A DNA stretch of 64,000 nt, from the NCBI GenBank assembly GCA_040255165.1, contig JBDZUK010000001.1:101520-165519 (forward strand). The letters are read 5' to 3'. The stretch comes from Nitrospiraceae bacterium. GTDB taxonomy: Bacteria; Nitrospirota; Nitrospiria; Nitrospirales; Nitrospiraceae. Positions 1 through 10,569 of this stretch are shown piece after piece. The position numbers and the translations under genes were made by a program. The number at the start of each line of letters is the position of its first letter. Position 1 is the stretch's first letter. The notes under the pieces are model-generated. The model was not told the origin of the DNA. It worked only from the letters and a program-made list of their open reading frames with translations, and did not search any database.

Positions 1-376
1 ACTCCGCGACGTCGTCCCCCAAGTCTTCCACCGTTTGCAAGTCGGTCAGGTCGGTTTTGCAGCATTCTAGAAAGCGATGGTACTCCCCCAGAAAATGAGC
101 GACCTCGGATTGAAGATTTTCGATTTTCATGTCGCGCCGAGGGCCGGCCGCTTTGACGGACCTCTCGTCCTTGCCGGTCTTTTTCTCAACCAGCGGCGTA
201 CAGCCGGAGCTGGACGACTCTTTCCCGGGTGCGGCTCCCAGCTGCTGGTCCGGGGGACGATCGCCGCAAAACTCCAAGGGAGGAGCGGCAAAGGGAGTGG
301 ATGCAGCACACGTGAGGAGCACGGAGACGAGCAGGAGCAGACAGCCATGGCGACGGGAGCGTATCGGGTCAATCAT
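1..376 (-). CDS. putative exported protein or lipoprotein; only the 5' part is present because the gene runs off the left edge
   Basis: Manual reverse-strand translation from the ATG (376-374) is stop-free to position 1. It is absent from the ORF track because it has no stop inside the window. The N-terminus MIDPIRSRRHGCLLLLVSVLLTCAAS has a basic n-region, a hydrophobic core and a Cys. A GGAG lies about 11 nt upstream. Confidence 0.45.
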   Translation of the reverse strand, partial: MIDPIRSRRHGCLLLLVSVLLTCAASTPFAAPPLEFCGDRPPDQQLGAAPGKESSSSGCTPLVEKKTGKDERSVKAAGPRRDMKIENLQSEVAHFLGEYHRFLECCKTDLTDLQTVEDLGDDVAE

Positions 377-490
377 GGCGGTATTGTCTCCCCCGGGTTT
401 CCGGAATGTCAACGAAAGCGGCGAATCCGGCGTTCTTGAAAGGCCTGCCTGCGATCGGCTAGGGTACGTTGTTCTTTCTTGGAGGCACGA

Positions 491-1789
491 ATGGCCGTGA
501 TGTTGATGTATATCGAAGAGGCGGCCCGACACGTCGGCGAAGAAGTCACGATCCGCGGCTGGCTGAGAAGCCGGCGGGACAGCGGTAAGTTGCATTTTTT
601 GATCGTTCGGGACGGCACAGGTGATATCCAGGCCGTCGTTAGCAAGAAAGCTGTCGGCGACGAACAGTTCGCCGTGTCCGCCGGGCTCACGCAGGAGTCG
701 TCGCTGATCGTTACGGGGACCCTGCGCCAGGATGCGCGGGCGCCGGGCGGGTACGAGCTCGACGTCACCCGCATCAATGCCGTGCAGATCGCCGACCCGT
801 TTCCCATTCAACCCAAGGAGCACGGCACCGGGTTTCTCATGGAGCACCGCCACCTCTGGCTCCGCTCGTCGCGCCAACACGCGATCCTCCGCATTCGCCA
901 CGAGATCATCCGCGCCTGCCGGAATTTTTTCGACGATCGCGGATTCGTGCTCGTCGATGCTCCGATCTTCACACCGAACGCCTGCGAGGGCACCACCACG
1001 TTGTTCCAGACGCAATACTTCGACGAGACCGCGTATCTGACGCAGAGCGGCCAGCTCTACAGCGAAGCGACGGCTGCGGCTCTCGGCAAAGTGTATTGCT
1101 TCGGGCCGACGTTCCGAGCGGAGAAATCCAAGACTCGCCGCCACCTCATGGAGTTTTGGATGATCGAGCCGGAAGTGGCGTATGCCGAGCTGCCGGACAT
1201 GATGGACCTGGCCGAAGAGTTTCTTGCCGCCGTCGTGCAGCGTGTGCTCGAGCACCGGCGTCCCGAGTTGGCCGTCTTGGAGCGTGATGCGGCGAAGTTG
1301 GAACGGATCACGCCTCCATTTCCTCGTATCACATATGACGAGGCGATCGACCTGTTGCAGAAGAAAGGCAATCCGACGAAGCGAGGAGACGATTTTGGCG
1401 GCGATGAAGAGACGATTCTCTCGAACGAATTCGATCGCCCCGTCATCGTCCATCGCTATCCCGCGTCGTTGAAGGCGTTCTACATGCAGACGGATCCTGT
1501 CCGGCCGGATCTCGCGCTCTGCATGGATGTCTTGGCTCCTGAAGGCTACGGGGAAATTATCGGCGGCGGCCAGCGCATCCACGAATTCGACAAGCTCAAA
1601 GCCCGCATCGCCGAGCATCATCTTCCGGAAGAGGCATTCAACTGGTATCTGGACCTGCGCCGCTTCGGCTCAGTTCCTCACGCGGGATTCGGCATGGGCA
1701 TCGAACGGGCAGTGGCATGGATTTGCGGCCTGGAGCACGTTCGTGAAACGATCCCGTTCCCCCGTCTGCTGTATAAGCTTTACCCCTGA
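491..1789 (+). CDS. asnS: asparaginyl-tRNA synthetase (class IIb)
   Basis: It has an N-terminal OB fold ([26 protein letters not shown]), class II motifs [24 protein letters not shown] and [15 protein letters not shown], and a length of about 430 aa as in Thermus-type AsnRS. GGAGG lies 5 nt before the ATG at 491; the ORF track begins at a TTG at 479. Confidence 0.9.
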   Translation: MAVMLMYIEEAARHVGEEVTIRGWLRSRRDSGKLHFLIVRDGTGDIQAVVSKKAVGDEQFAVSAGLTQESSLIVTGTLRQDARAPGGYELDVTRINAVQIADPFPIQPKEHGTGFLMEHRHLWLRSSRQHAILRIRHEIIRACRNFFDDRGFVLVDAPIFTPNACEGTTTLFQTQYFDETAYLTQSGQLYSEATAAALGKVYCFGPTFRAEKSKTRRHLMEFWMIEPEVAYAELPDMMDLAEEFLAAVVQRVLEHRRPELAVLERDAAKLERITPPFPRITYDEAIDLLQKKGNPTKRGDDFGGDEETILSNEFDRPVIVHRYPASLKAFYMQTDPVRPDLALCMDVLAPEGYGEIIGGGQRIHEFDKLKARIAEHHLPEEAFNWYLDLRRFGSVPHAGFGMGIERAVAWICGLEHVRETIPFPRLLYKLYP

Positions 1790-1799
1790 CCACTCGGTC

Positions 1800-1809
1800 T
1801 TTCCCACTT
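1800..1809 (-). repeat. inverted perfect copy of the 10-mer AAGTGGGAAA
   Basis: TTTCCCACTT at 1800-1809 is the reverse complement of the unit that is tandemly repeated at 1961-1980. Confidence 0.6.
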
Positions 1810-1923
1810 CTCGCCACGGCCGATCTCGCTTCAGCGTTTCGTCTCTTCTTGTTCGCCAGGTCAGCTCAGCGCTTGCTGCCATTCCAGAGGGAGAAAAAAG
1901 TGCATAAGTTAGTGAAAACTCTA

Positions 1924-1951
1924 TTGACATATCAGGAACCAAGTGTATACT
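1924..1951 (+). promoter_or_regulatory. sigma70-like promoter of the dcw cluster
   Basis: TTGACA (1924-1929), a 16-nt spacer, then TATACT (1946-1951), in the 150-nt gap between asnS and rsmH. Confidence 0.45.
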
Positions 1952-1960
1952 CCGCCCGGT

Positions 1961-1980
1961 AAGTGGGAAAAAGTGGGAAA
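1961..1980 (+). repeat. perfect tandem direct repeat AAGTGGGAAA x2 (MraZ-box-like)
   Basis: AAGTGGGAAA AAGTGGGAAA was read directly, with 10-bp periodicity. It lies just downstream of the -10 element and overlaps the likely rsmH start (GTG 1973). AAGTG-containing degenerate units occur at 1941, 1910 and 1898. Confidence 0.6.
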
Positions 1981-2914
1981 TGATGGTGAGAACGATAGGG
2001 CGAGGCCTCACGGTCACGTTCCCGTCATGCTTTCGGAGGTTATGTCCTGGCTCCGAGAAGGACCTGGAGAAACCTACCTGGATTGCACCGTCGGCTACGG
2101 GGGGCACGCAGCCAAGCTCTTGGAGGAGGGAGGGCCTGCAACCGTCGTCGTCGGGATTGACCAAGACCCGAATGCGATCGCGGCAAGCAAAGCGAGGCTG
2201 GCAGAGTACGGACAGCGCGCGCGCCTCTTCAAAGGTCACTTTATGGATCTGAAACGATTCCTGAGCGGGGCGGGTGTTCCCCGAGTAGACGGAGTCCTAT
2301 TTGATCTGGGCGTCTCCTCTCCGCAGTTCGATGAGCCGGAGAGAGGGTTCAGTTTTCAAGCGGACGGTCCGCTCGACATGCGGATGGATCAATCGTCCGG
2401 AAGAACGGCTGCGGAATTGGTCAACGGCTTGCCTGAATCCGACCTCGCCGATCTTATCTACCAATACGGAGAGGAACGATTCTCCCGCCGCATCGCCAGG
2501 GCGATCGTTAAGGCGCGTGAGGACCGGCCTGTTCGTTCGACGCGCGAGCTGGCGACAATTATTGAATCCGCGGTCCCGGGCGCCTATCGCCGAGGACGAA
2601 TTCATTGCGCGACGCGGACCTTCCAGGCTCTCCGGATCGCAGTGAACGCCGAACTGGACGCACTGGAGGCCGCGCTGCGCGACGCGGTGGATGTGTTGAG
2701 CCCCGGCGGCAGGATTTGCGTTATTTCCTTCCATTCGCTCGAAGACCGTATCGTGAAGAGGACCTTTCGCGGTCTTTCACAAGGACTCGATGCCGGCCTC
2801 CGGCTGTTGACCAAGAAACCGCAAGTCCCGACCGACGAAGAATGCCGAGCGAATCCACGGGCTCGAAGCGCCAAGTTGCGGGTAGGCGAACGCCTGTCCA
2901 AGGAGGCTGCATGA
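1973..2914 (+). CDS. rsmH: 16S rRNA (cytosine1402-N4)-methyltransferase RsmH/MraW
   Basis: It has the HVPVMLSEV N-terminal motif, the SAM site YLDCTVGYGGH, FDLGVSSPQ, and SFHSLEDRIVK. It is the first gene of the dcw cluster. The start is uncertain (GTG 1973 or GTG 1943). Confidence 0.9.
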   Translation: MGNDGENDRARPHGHVPVMLSEVMSWLREGPGETYLDCTVGYGGHAAKLLEEGGPATVVVGIDQDPNAIAASKARLAEYGQRARLFKGHFMDLKRFLSGAGVPRVDGVLFDLGVSSPQFDEPERGFSFQADGPLDMRMDQSSGRTAAELVNGLPESDLADLIYQYGEERFSRRIARAIVKAREDRPVRSTRELATIIESAVPGAYRRGRIHCATRTFQALRIAVNAELDALEAALRDAVDVLSPGGRICVISFHSLEDRIVKRTFRGLSQGLDAGLRLLTKKPQVPTDEECRANPRARSAKLRVGERLSKEAA

Positions 2915-3252
2915 AATCCATGACCTCTCTGACGATCCTCGCCGGGTTGCTGTTGGTCTTTACGTTCGTGTGGGAGCGTGTGGACGTGGTCCGGGTGGGA
3001 TATCAGGTCGAACGTTTGAAGGTTCAAAAAACGGCGCTCGAACGGGAGCGCGACGAGCTGCAGGTGAAGTTCTCCAAGCTTACGTCCCCGGAGCGTATCG
3101 CCCGCGTGGCGACCGACAAGCTCGGCCTGGTGCCTCCCCAGCCGGGTCAAGTCGTGGTCGTGCATCCGGGACCCGAACGTCCGGGAACCGCCGAGCCCGC
3201 CGCCGGGGAAGTCCGGTTGGCGAAAAACTATCTTGCAGGGAGAGCGAAATAG
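2911..3252 (+). CDS. ftsL: cell division protein FtsL
   Basis: The ATG at 2911 overlaps the rsmH stop (ATGA) and AAGGAGG lies 4 nt upstream. The protein has a single TM (LTILAGLLLVFTFVW), a coiled coil, and SPERIARVATDKLGLVPP. Its position between rsmH and ftsI is canonical. Confidence 0.75.
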   Translation: MKSMTSLTILAGLLLVFTFVWERVDVVRVGYQVERLKVQKTALERERDELQVKFSKLTSPERIARVATDKLGLVPPQPGQVVVVHPGPERPGTAEPAAGEVRLAKNYLAGRAK

Positions 3253-4988
3253 TGGCTGCCGCTCCGCACCGTGGGCGCCGGTATGTAGCCCTTTGCCTAC
3301 TACTAGCCGGCTTCGGCCTGATTCTCTTTCGTCTGGTGAACCTCCAAGTTCTCCAGGCTGCGGAGCTCGCGGTGAAGGCCGACCGGCAGCACCAAAAGAC
3401 CGTGGCGCTGGAAGGGGCCAGGGGTGCAATTACGGACCGTCACGGAAAAGTTCTGGCCATTAATATGGAGGTTCCGTCGGTTTTCGGAGTGCCGACGGCG
3501 CTGGACAGCCCCTCGGCTGTTGCGCAGCATCTCTCGCCGGTGCTTCATGTCCGGGCCAGCAAACTCGAGAAGAAGCTTCGTCAAGATCGGAGCTTTGTAT
3601 GGCTGGCACGGAAGTTGGACCCAGAGCAAGGCCGCCGGCTTGAGGCGTTATCCGTCGAAGGTATCGGAGTTGTCATGGAGGGACGGCGGTTCTATCCCAA
3701 AGGCCCGCTGCTGTCTCATGTCCTGGGCTTCGCAGGGATGGATAGTCAAGGCTTGGAAGGCGTGGAGCGGCGGTATGACTCCGATCTTCACGGAGAGAAA
3801 CGCATCATGGTCCTGCAGCGGGACGCCCTCGGGCGCACGGTGTTTCCAAAGGGGCTGGCGGAGGAAAATCCCGCTCCCGGGCACAATCTTACGTTGACGG
3901 TCGACGAGGTGATTCAATATATCGCGGAAAAGGAACTGGAGGAGGAGGTCAATCGGAGGCACGCCAAGGGGGGCACCCTCATCGTTATGGATCCGCGCAC
4001 CGGCGGTATCCTGGCCATGGCCGTCAGCCCCCGCTTCGATCCCAATGCCGTCGGCGCATTGTCGCCGGATCGCTGGCGGAATCGTGCCCTTACGGACGCC
4101 TACGAGCCCGGTTCCACGATGAAAGCCGTCCTGGCGGCCGCCGCGCTGGAAGAGAAAGTGATGGTGCCGGGCACGATGGTGTTCGGCGAGCACGGGGCGA
4201 TGCCGGTCGCCGGCACCGTCATCCACGATCACGACCGCATGGGATGGGTGTCCTTCGCCGAGGTGATCCAGAAGTCGAGCAACATCGGCGCCGCGAAGGC
4301 GGGAATGGCGTTGGGAGACCACCGGCTGTACCGCTACCTCCAGGCTTTCGGATTCGGCCAGCCAACGGAAATCGACTTGCCCGGCGAAGCGACCGGTTTG
4401 CTGAAGAGCCCCAAGGATTGGGGGCGACGCTCGCTGGCTTCCATCTCGATAGGGCAGGAAATCGGCGTCACGGCCATTCAAATGGTGACGGCGATTGCCG
4501 CGATCGCCAACAGCGGCGTGCTGATGAAGCCCTACGTGGTGTCGGAGATCCGTGATGCCAAGGGGCAAACGCTGAAACGCATACTGCCTCACGTGCGGAG
4601 ACGGGTCATCTCGCCCGAGACCGCGCGGACGTTGACCACCATCCTCGAAGGCGTTGTGACGAACGGGACCGGCGGCAAAGCCGCGATTCCCGGGTTCAGG
4701 GTGGCCGGAAAGACCGGAACGGCCCAAAAGATCGATCCACGGACCGGCGCCTACTCGTCCACGCAATTCGTCGGTTCGTTCGTCGGCTATGTGCCGGCCG
4801 AGGATCCCCGCTTGGCGATGATCGTCGTGATCGACGAGCCGCACGGCGAAGCATGGGGCGGTGTGGTGGCGGCCCCGGTGTTCCGAAGAGTCGGAGAGCA
4901 GGCGCTCAACTATCTTGGTGTCTCGTCGTTCGAGCCGGTGAAAATCGCCATGGCGGCCGGGACCCGATCAGGACGGACGGAGCGATGA
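3252..4988 (+). CDS. ftsI: peptidoglycan D,D-transpeptidase FtsI (PBP3)
   Basis: The GTG at 3252 overlaps the ftsL stop. It has an N-terminal TM, a PBP dimerisation domain, and transpeptidase motifs STMK (EPGSTMKAV), SSN and KTGTA. Confidence 0.9.
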   Translation: MAAAPHRGRRYVALCLLLAGFGLILFRLVNLQVLQAAELAVKADRQHQKTVALEGARGAITDRHGKVLAINMEVPSVFGVPTALDSPSAVAQHLSPVLHVRASKLEKKLRQDRSFVWLARKLDPEQGRRLEALSVEGIGVVMEGRRFYPKGPLLSHVLGFAGMDSQGLEGVERRYDSDLHGEKRIMVLQRDALGRTVFPKGLAEENPAPGHNLTLTVDEVIQYIAEKELEEEVNRRHAKGGTLIVMDPRTGGILAMAVSPRFDPNAVGALSPDRWRNRALTDAYEPGSTMKAVLAAAALEEKVMVPGTMVFGEHGAMPVAGTVIHDHDRMGWVSFAEVIQKSSNIGAAKAGMALGDHRLYRYLQAFGFGQPTEIDLPGEATGLLKSPKDWGRRSLASISIGQEIGVTAIQMVTAIAAIANSGVLMKPYVVSEIRDAKGQTLKRILPHVRRRVISPETARTLTTILEGVVTNGTGGKAAIPGFRVAGKTGTAQKIDPRTGAYSSTQFVGSFVGYVPAEDPRLAMIVVIDEPHGEAWGGVVAAPVFRRVGEQALNYLGVSSFEPVKIAMAAGTRSGRTER

Positions 4989-6487
4989 CGCTCGCCCAGT
5001 TGATCGACTCCTTGCAGGGACGGGTCGAGATCGTGGCCCAGCACGGGAACGTGCACATGGACGTGACCGGTGTGACCGACGATTCCCGCGCGGTTCAGCG
5101 AGGCTCGTTGTTTGTGGCGGTCAAGGGGGAACGGGTCGACGGACACGAATTCGTTCAGGCGGCGCTCGCGGCCGGTGCCGGCGCCGTGGTGTGCGAGCGA
5201 GCCGTCCCCGCCGGAGACGCGCCGATGGTCCAGGTGGCGGATTCCCGGGCCGCCTTGGGTCTGCTCGGGAGCGCGTTCCATCGAGACCCGTCCACTCGTC
5301 TTCGCTTGGTCGGCGTGACGGGAACGAATGGGAAAACGACCACGACGTACGTGTGCAAGGCCTTACTGGAAGCCGTTGGACGCCGGGTCGGTCTGATCGG
5401 CACCGTGGCGTACCAGATCGGCTCGGATGTCTTGCCCGCGTCTCATACGACGCCCGCCGCCGTCGAGTTACAAGGGCTGCTGGCCCGCATGGTTGAGGCA
5501 GGGATGGACACGGCCGTGATGGAGGTGTCGTCCCACGCGCTGGCGCTCGATCGGACCGCGGGCTGCGAATTCGACGTGGGGGTGTTCACGAACTTGACGC
5601 AAGACCATCTCGATTTCCATTCCGACATGGAGGAGTATTTCCAGGCGAAGTTGCGCCTCTTCACCGGGCTGACCGGGATCCGGAAGGCCGGCAAGAGAGC
5701 GATCGTGAACCTGGACGATCCGCGCGGGCCTCAAATCACATCCGCTTGTCCGGCACCTGTCTGGACCTACGCCATCAAGAGCCAGGCCGATCTGAAAGCG
5801 GAGAACATCAAGCTCTCCGTCGAGGGCACGGCGTTTACGGCCGCGACTCCGGCCGGTTCATTTTCCGTCCAGAGCCATTTGGTCGGAGAGCACAACGTCT
5901 ATAACCTGCTGGCCGCGATCGGCGTCGCGTTGCAGGAAGGTGTGTCGATCGAGGACATCAAACGAGCGGTCGGGACCGTCACGAACGTGCCGGGCCGATT
6001 CGAACGGGTGGCCACGGGTCACGACTTCGCGGTCGTCGTGGATTATGCCCATACGGAAGACGCGCTGCTCCGGCTGTTGACTGCGGCCGAGGCGCTTAAG
6101 AGAGGACGGATCATCACCGTCTTCGGGTGCGGTGGGGATCGCGACCGCACCAAGCGGCCCAAAATGGGGCGCGCGGCGGTTCTGAATAGTGATGTGGTTA
6201 TTCTGACCTCGGATAACCCGCGGACCGAGGACCCGCAGGCGATCCTGCGTGAGGTGGAAACAGGAGTACGGGAAGCCCTCCGAAGCCGTCCTGCCGTCCG
6301 CTATCACATGATAGCCGATCGCCGGGAGGCCATCCGCGCGGCGGTGCGCGAAGCGCGTTCGGGCGACATGGTGTTAATCGCGGGCAAAGGGCACGAGGAT
6401 TACCAAATTATCGGGACGACGAAGTTTCACTTCGACGATCGGGAAGTCGCGCGGGAAGCGATCGAGCAGTTGAGGTCTTTCGCGTGA
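4985..6487 (+). CDS. murE: UDP-MurNAc-L-Ala-D-Glu:meso-DAP ligase MurE
   Basis: The ATG at 4985 overlaps the ftsI stop. It has the Mur ligase P-loop GVTGTNGKTTT and a DNPR motif (LTSDNPRTEDP) typical of meso-DAP-adding enzymes. Confidence 0.93.
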   Translation: MTLAQLIDSLQGRVEIVAQHGNVHMDVTGVTDDSRAVQRGSLFVAVKGERVDGHEFVQAALAAGAGAVVCERAVPAGDAPMVQVADSRAALGLLGSAFHRDPSTRLRLVGVTGTNGKTTTTYVCKALLEAVGRRVGLIGTVAYQIGSDVLPASHTTPAAVELQGLLARMVEAGMDTAVMEVSSHALALDRTAGCEFDVGVFTNLTQDHLDFHSDMEEYFQAKLRLFTGLTGIRKAGKRAIVNLDDPRGPQITSACPAPVWTYAIKSQADLKAENIKLSVEGTAFTAATPAGSFSVQSHLVGEHNVYNLLAAIGVALQEGVSIEDIKRAVGTVTNVPGRFERVATGHDFAVVVDYAHTEDALLRLLTAAEALKRGRIITVFGCGGDRDRTKRPKMGRAAVLNSDVVILTSDNPRTEDPQAILREVETGVREALRSRPAVRYHMIADRREAIRAAVREARSGDMVLIAGKGHEDYQIIGTTKFHFDDREVAREAIEQLRSFA

Positions 6488-7986
6488 CGATGGGCGGAGC
6501 CGTCGCGGTGATGCGACATGAGGAGCGGATGGCGCTGTTCACGGTCGAGGAACTGCTAGAAGTGATCAGTGCAAAAGTGTTGGCCGGGCAAGAACCGGAG
6601 TGGATCAAGCGCCGGATCAGGCAAGTAGTGACCGATTCACGCCTGGTGCGTCCGGGCGATCTGTTCGTGGCCCTGAAAGGTGAGCGATTCGACGGGCAGC
6701 AATTCGTCCCCGTGGTGCTGGCGCAGGGGGCCGTCGGCGCCATTGTGCACGACCAATTTCGCGTGCCGCCCGACCTCCTGAAGCCCGGCAAGCGCCCCGG
6801 CAGATCCCGCGCCCCTTTCATACTGGGCGCCCGGGACACCCTTTTCGCCTATCAGCAATTGGCGACGCATCATCGGAGCCGGTTCGACATCCCCGTCGTC
6901 GCCGTGACCGGGAGCAACGGCAAGACCACGACGAAGGACATGGTGGCCAGCGTCTTGGCTCAGCGTTGGAAAACGCTGAAGACGGAGGGCAACCTGAACA
7001 ATCGGATCGGCGTGCCGCAGACTCTGTTCCGCCTCACGGCAGACCATGAAGCCGCCGTGGTCGAGATGGGGGTCGACGCCGCCGGACAGACCACGAGACT
7101 CTGCGACATCGCGAGACCGACTGTCGGAGTTATTACCAATATCGGGCCGGATCATCTGGAATTTTTCGGCAGCATGGAAGGGTCCGCTCAGGCCAAGGCC
7201 GAGCTGCTCGACTTGTTGCCGGCGGACGGCACCGCCGTTCTGAACGTCGACGATCCATACTACGATTATCTGGCGTCGCGAGCGCGCTGCCGTGTCGTGT
7301 CGTTCGGTTTTGCACCAAAGGCCGATGTCCGAGCTCAGGAGGTGAGATCCGATGAGGATCACGGCACGCTATTCCGCCTGGTGCTGCCGGGAAAAGCTCG
7401 AACGACCCCCGTCAAAATCCAGGCGCGAGGGCAGCACAACGTCAGCAATGCGCTGGCGGCGGCTGCCGTCGGGGTAGTGCTGGAGCTTCCCGGAGCCGTC
7501 ATCGCTCAAGGACTGGCTCGGTTCCGCCCCGCGGCGATGCGCTCGCAGATCGTGCGGTGCCGCGGAGTCGAGATCATCAATGATTGCTACAACGCCAACC
7601 CCGCCTCGATGAAGGCAGCGCTTGCTTTGCTCGGCCAGATCGGGGAACAACGGCGGAAGATCGCCGTCCTCGGGGATATGTTGGAGCTGGGGGTCGGCGC
7701 GAAAGACATGCATCGCGATGTTGGCGCGTTCGCGGCTGGGCTGGGTCTTACCCGGCTCGTCGCGTGCGGTCCGCTTGGACGGGAAATCGCCGAGGGGGCG
7801 CGCCGAGCCGGAATGGACCCGAACCGCGTCGTCGAAGTCCCGGACGGAACCGCGGGCGGTGAGGCCGTCAAAGGCTTCGCGCAGGAGGGAGACGTCGTGC
7901 TGGTCAAAGCGTCGCGCGGCATGCGGTTGGAACGGGTTGTGGAGGCGCTGACGGGCTCGAAGCGCCCGACGCAACGAGCGTCTTGA
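6484..7986 (+). CDS. murF: UDP-MurNAc-tripeptide:D-Ala-D-Ala ligase MurF
   Basis: It has the Mur ligase P-loop AVTGSNGKTTTK and the canonical position after murE. The GTG start overlaps the murE stop. Confidence 0.9.
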   Translation: MTMGGAVAVMRHEERMALFTVEELLEVISAKVLAGQEPEWIKRRIRQVVTDSRLVRPGDLFVALKGERFDGQQFVPVVLAQGAVGAIVHDQFRVPPDLLKPGKRPGRSRAPFILGARDTLFAYQQLATHHRSRFDIPVVAVTGSNGKTTTKDMVASVLAQRWKTLKTEGNLNNRIGVPQTLFRLTADHEAAVVEMGVDAAGQTTRLCDIARPTVGVITNIGPDHLEFFGSMEGSAQAKAELLDLLPADGTAVLNVDDPYYDYLASRARCRVVSFGFAPKADVRAQEVRSDEDHGTLFRLVLPGKARTTPVKIQARGQHNVSNALAAAAVGVVLELPGAVIAQGLARFRPAAMRSQIVRCRGVEIINDCYNANPASMKAALALLGQIGEQRRKIAVLGDMLELGVGAKDMHRDVGAFAAGLGLTRLVACGPLGREIAEGARRAGMDPNRVVEVPDGTAGGEAVKGFAQEGDVVLVKASRGMRLERVVEALTGSKRPTQRAS

Positions 7987-8041
7987 GTCGAGGGTGACCG
8001 GTGTCGATGTGAAGAACAGGTCGATCTAGAGCGATTGCCAC

Positions 8042-9118
8042 ATGCTGTACAACTGGCTCTATCCGCTCCATACGGAATTCTCCTTCCTGAACGTTTTCCG
8101 CTATCTGAGCTTCCGCATCATCTACGCCGCCGTCACGGCGTTTCTGATCGCGTTCGTTCTGGCTCCTTGGGTGATCCGCAAGCTTCAGGAAATCAAGCTC
8201 GGGCAACAGGTCCGGGACGATGGCCCCAAGCGGCATTTGGCGAAAAGCGGAACCCCGACCATGGGCGGCGTGCTGATCATCTTTGCCGTAGTCCTGTCGA
8301 CGCTCCTCTGGGCCGACCTGACCAATCGCTATGTCTGGCTGGTGATCATCGCGACATTGGGGTTCGGGAGCATCGGGTTTGTCGACGACTATCTGAAATT
8401 CATCAAGTCGCAATCGAAGGGTCTCACCGCTTCGCAAAAATTCCTCGGCCAAATCCTCGTCGCGGTGGCGATCAGCCTGTTTCTCTACACGCTCCCCACG
8501 TACACCACCAAGCTCAGCGTGCCTTTTTTCAAGAACTTCACGCCGGAGCTCGGTTGGTTCTATGTGCTCTTCGCCGTGCTGGTCATCGTGGGCAGCTCCA
8601 ACGCCGTCAATCTGACGGACGGCCTCGATGGACTTGCAATCGGGCCCGTCATGATCGCCTCGCTGGCGTACACGATCGTGGCCTACGTAGTCGGCAACCG
8701 CATCATGTCTGAATACTTGCTGATCCCTCACATCGAAGGGGCCGGGGAGTTGGCCGTCTTTACCGCCGCGATCCTCGGCGCCAGTCTCGGCTTCTTATGG
8801 TTCAACACGTACCCGGCGTCGGTCTTTATGGGCGATGTCGGTTCGCTGCCGCTCGGCGCGGCGTTGGGGACGGTGGCGGTGATCAGCAAGCATGAATTGT
8901 TGCTGCTGCTGGTCGGCGGGGTCTTCGTCATCGAAGCGGTATCCGTGATCTTCCAGGTCTTGTCCTTCAAGTCGCGGGGCAAACGAATTTTCCTGATGGC
9001 GCCGATTCATCACCATTTCGAGATGAAAGGCTGGGAGGAGCCGAAGGTCGTGGTCCGATTGTGGATCATCGCCATCCTACTGGCCTTGTTGAGCCTGAGC
9101 ACGTTGAAGTTGCGGTGA
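8042..9118 (+). CDS. mraY: phospho-N-acetylmuramoyl-pentapeptide transferase MraY
   Basis: It is a polytopic membrane protein with the motifs [20 protein letters not shown] and APIHHHFE. Confidence 0.95.
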   Translation: MLYNWLYPLHTEFSFLNVFRYLSFRIIYAAVTAFLIAFVLAPWVIRKLQEIKLGQQVRDDGPKRHLAKSGTPTMGGVLIIFAVVLSTLLWADLTNRYVWLVIIATLGFGSIGFVDDYLKFIKSQSKGLTASQKFLGQILVAVAISLFLYTLPTYTTKLSVPFFKNFTPELGWFYVLFAVLVIVGSSNAVNLTDGLDGLAIGPVMIASLAYTIVAYVVGNRIMSEYLLIPHIEGAGELAVFTAAILGASLGFLWFNTYPASVFMGDVGSLPLGAALGTVAVISKHELLLLLVGGVFVIEAVSVIFQVLSFKSRGKRIFLMAPIHHHFEMKGWEEPKVVVRLWIIAILLALLSLSTLKLR

Positions 9119-9123
9119 CGGTG

Positions 9124-10530
9124 ATGACGGGAATCGACACGATGGAACTGGCGGGCAGAAAGGTCACGGTCGTCGGGTTGGCGAGGAGCGGGGTGGCCGC
9201 GGCGAAATTGCTGAACGCCGTCGGCGCCCGAGTGACCGTTGCCGACCGCAAGGAGCGACACGAATTGACCGGAGCGCTCGATCAGGTTGATCAGGTCCAG
9301 GTCGGTGTGGCGGCGGGGGCACAGTATGAACCCGCGCTGGAGGGGGCCGACCTGGTCGTGATCAGCCCCGGTGTGCCCTATCGGCTCGACGTCCTGGAAC
9401 GCATACGGGCCCGCGGTGGGACGGTCATAGGCGAGCTGGAGTTGGCTTCGTGGTTCGTTCGGACGCCGATCCTCGCCGTGACGGGGACCAACGGGAAGAG
9501 CACGACCGTCACGTTGATCGGGAAATTCCTGCAAGAAAGCGGGAAGAAAATCTTCGTCGGCGGCAATCTGGGAACCGCGCTGAGTGAGGCAGCCTTGGCG
9601 TCGTGGCTGGCCTCGCAAGCGGGACAACCCTCACCCTACGACTATGCGGTCGTCGAAGTATCGAGCTTCCAATTGGAAACCATCGAACGGTTCCATCCGT
9701 GGATCGCAGGCATTCTGAACGTCACCGTCGATCATCAGGATCGATACGATTCGCTGGACGAGTACATCGCGGCAAAGAACCGGATCTTCGAGAACCAGGC
9801 GGCGTCGGATTATGCCGTGCTCAACCTGGACGATCCCCGTGTTGCGTCTTTGCGGGGCAGCGTCCGGGCGAACGTCCTTGGTTTCACCAGATCGGGGCGG
9901 TTGCCGACGGATGTCGCCGGAGGAACCTGGCTTGAAGGGGATCGGGTGGTCTCCACCGTGGCCGGTACGAATCAGGACGTCTGCCTGCGGCAGGACCTGC
10001 GGATGATCGGACGGCACAATGTCGAAAACGCGATGGCGGCGGCGACCTATGCGCTCCTCTGCGGGTGTTCCGTCGACGTCATCAAGCGGGTTTTGCGCAC
10101 GTTCCCCGGACTCGAACATGCGTTGGAAATCGTCCGGGACCGGGCAGGTGTGCGGTTCGTGAACGATTCGAAGGGCACCAACGTGGATGCGACGTTGAAG
10201 GCGATCGAAAGCCTTGATCAGCCGATCTGGCTGATCGCCGGCGGGCGCGACAAGGGCGGCGATTTTTCCCGGTTGGTTCCGGCCATTCGGCAGCGCGTCA
10301 AGCAGGTGATATTGATCGGGGAGGCTGCGCCGCGCATTCAAGCCGTCCTGGAAAATTTTGAACGGGTGACCCATGCCGCGTCGTTGTCCGAAGCGGTCTC
10401 TCTGGCGGCGAAGGGTGCGACGGCCGGGGACGTGGTGTTGTTGTCGCCGGCCTGTGCGAGCTTCGACATGTTTGCGGACTATCAGGACAGGGGTCGGCAA
10501 TTTAAGCAACTCGCGAATGCATTGCCCTAA
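9124..10530 (+). CDS. murD: UDP-MurNAc-L-Ala:D-Glu ligase MurD
   Basis: It has the N-terminal Rossmann motif [15 protein letters not shown] and the P-loop [11 protein letters not shown]. An alternative GTG start at 9115 overlaps the mraY stop. Confidence 0.9.
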   Translation: MTGIDTMELAGRKVTVVGLARSGVAAAKLLNAVGARVTVADRKERHELTGALDQVDQVQVGVAAGAQYEPALEGADLVVISPGVPYRLDVLERIRARGGTVIGELELASWFVRTPILAVTGTNGKSTTVTLIGKFLQESGKKIFVGGNLGTALSEAALASWLASQAGQPSPYDYAVVEVSSFQLETIERFHPWIAGILNVTVDHQDRYDSLDEYIAAKNRIFENQAASDYAVLNLDDPRVASLRGSVRANVLGFTRSGRLPTDVAGGTWLEGDRVVSTVAGTNQDVCLRQDLRMIGRHNVENAMAAATYALLCGCSVDVIKRVLRTFPGLEHALEIVRDRAGVRFVNDSKGTNVDATLKAIESLDQPIWLIAGGRDKGGDFSRLVPAIRQRVKQVILIGEAAPRIQAVLENFERVTHAASLSEAVSLAAKGATAGDVVLLSPACASFDMFADYQDRGRQFKQLANALP

Positions 10531-10569
10531 GACGATGAGCGACGTGTGACGTGTTTCAAGGGGAGATAA

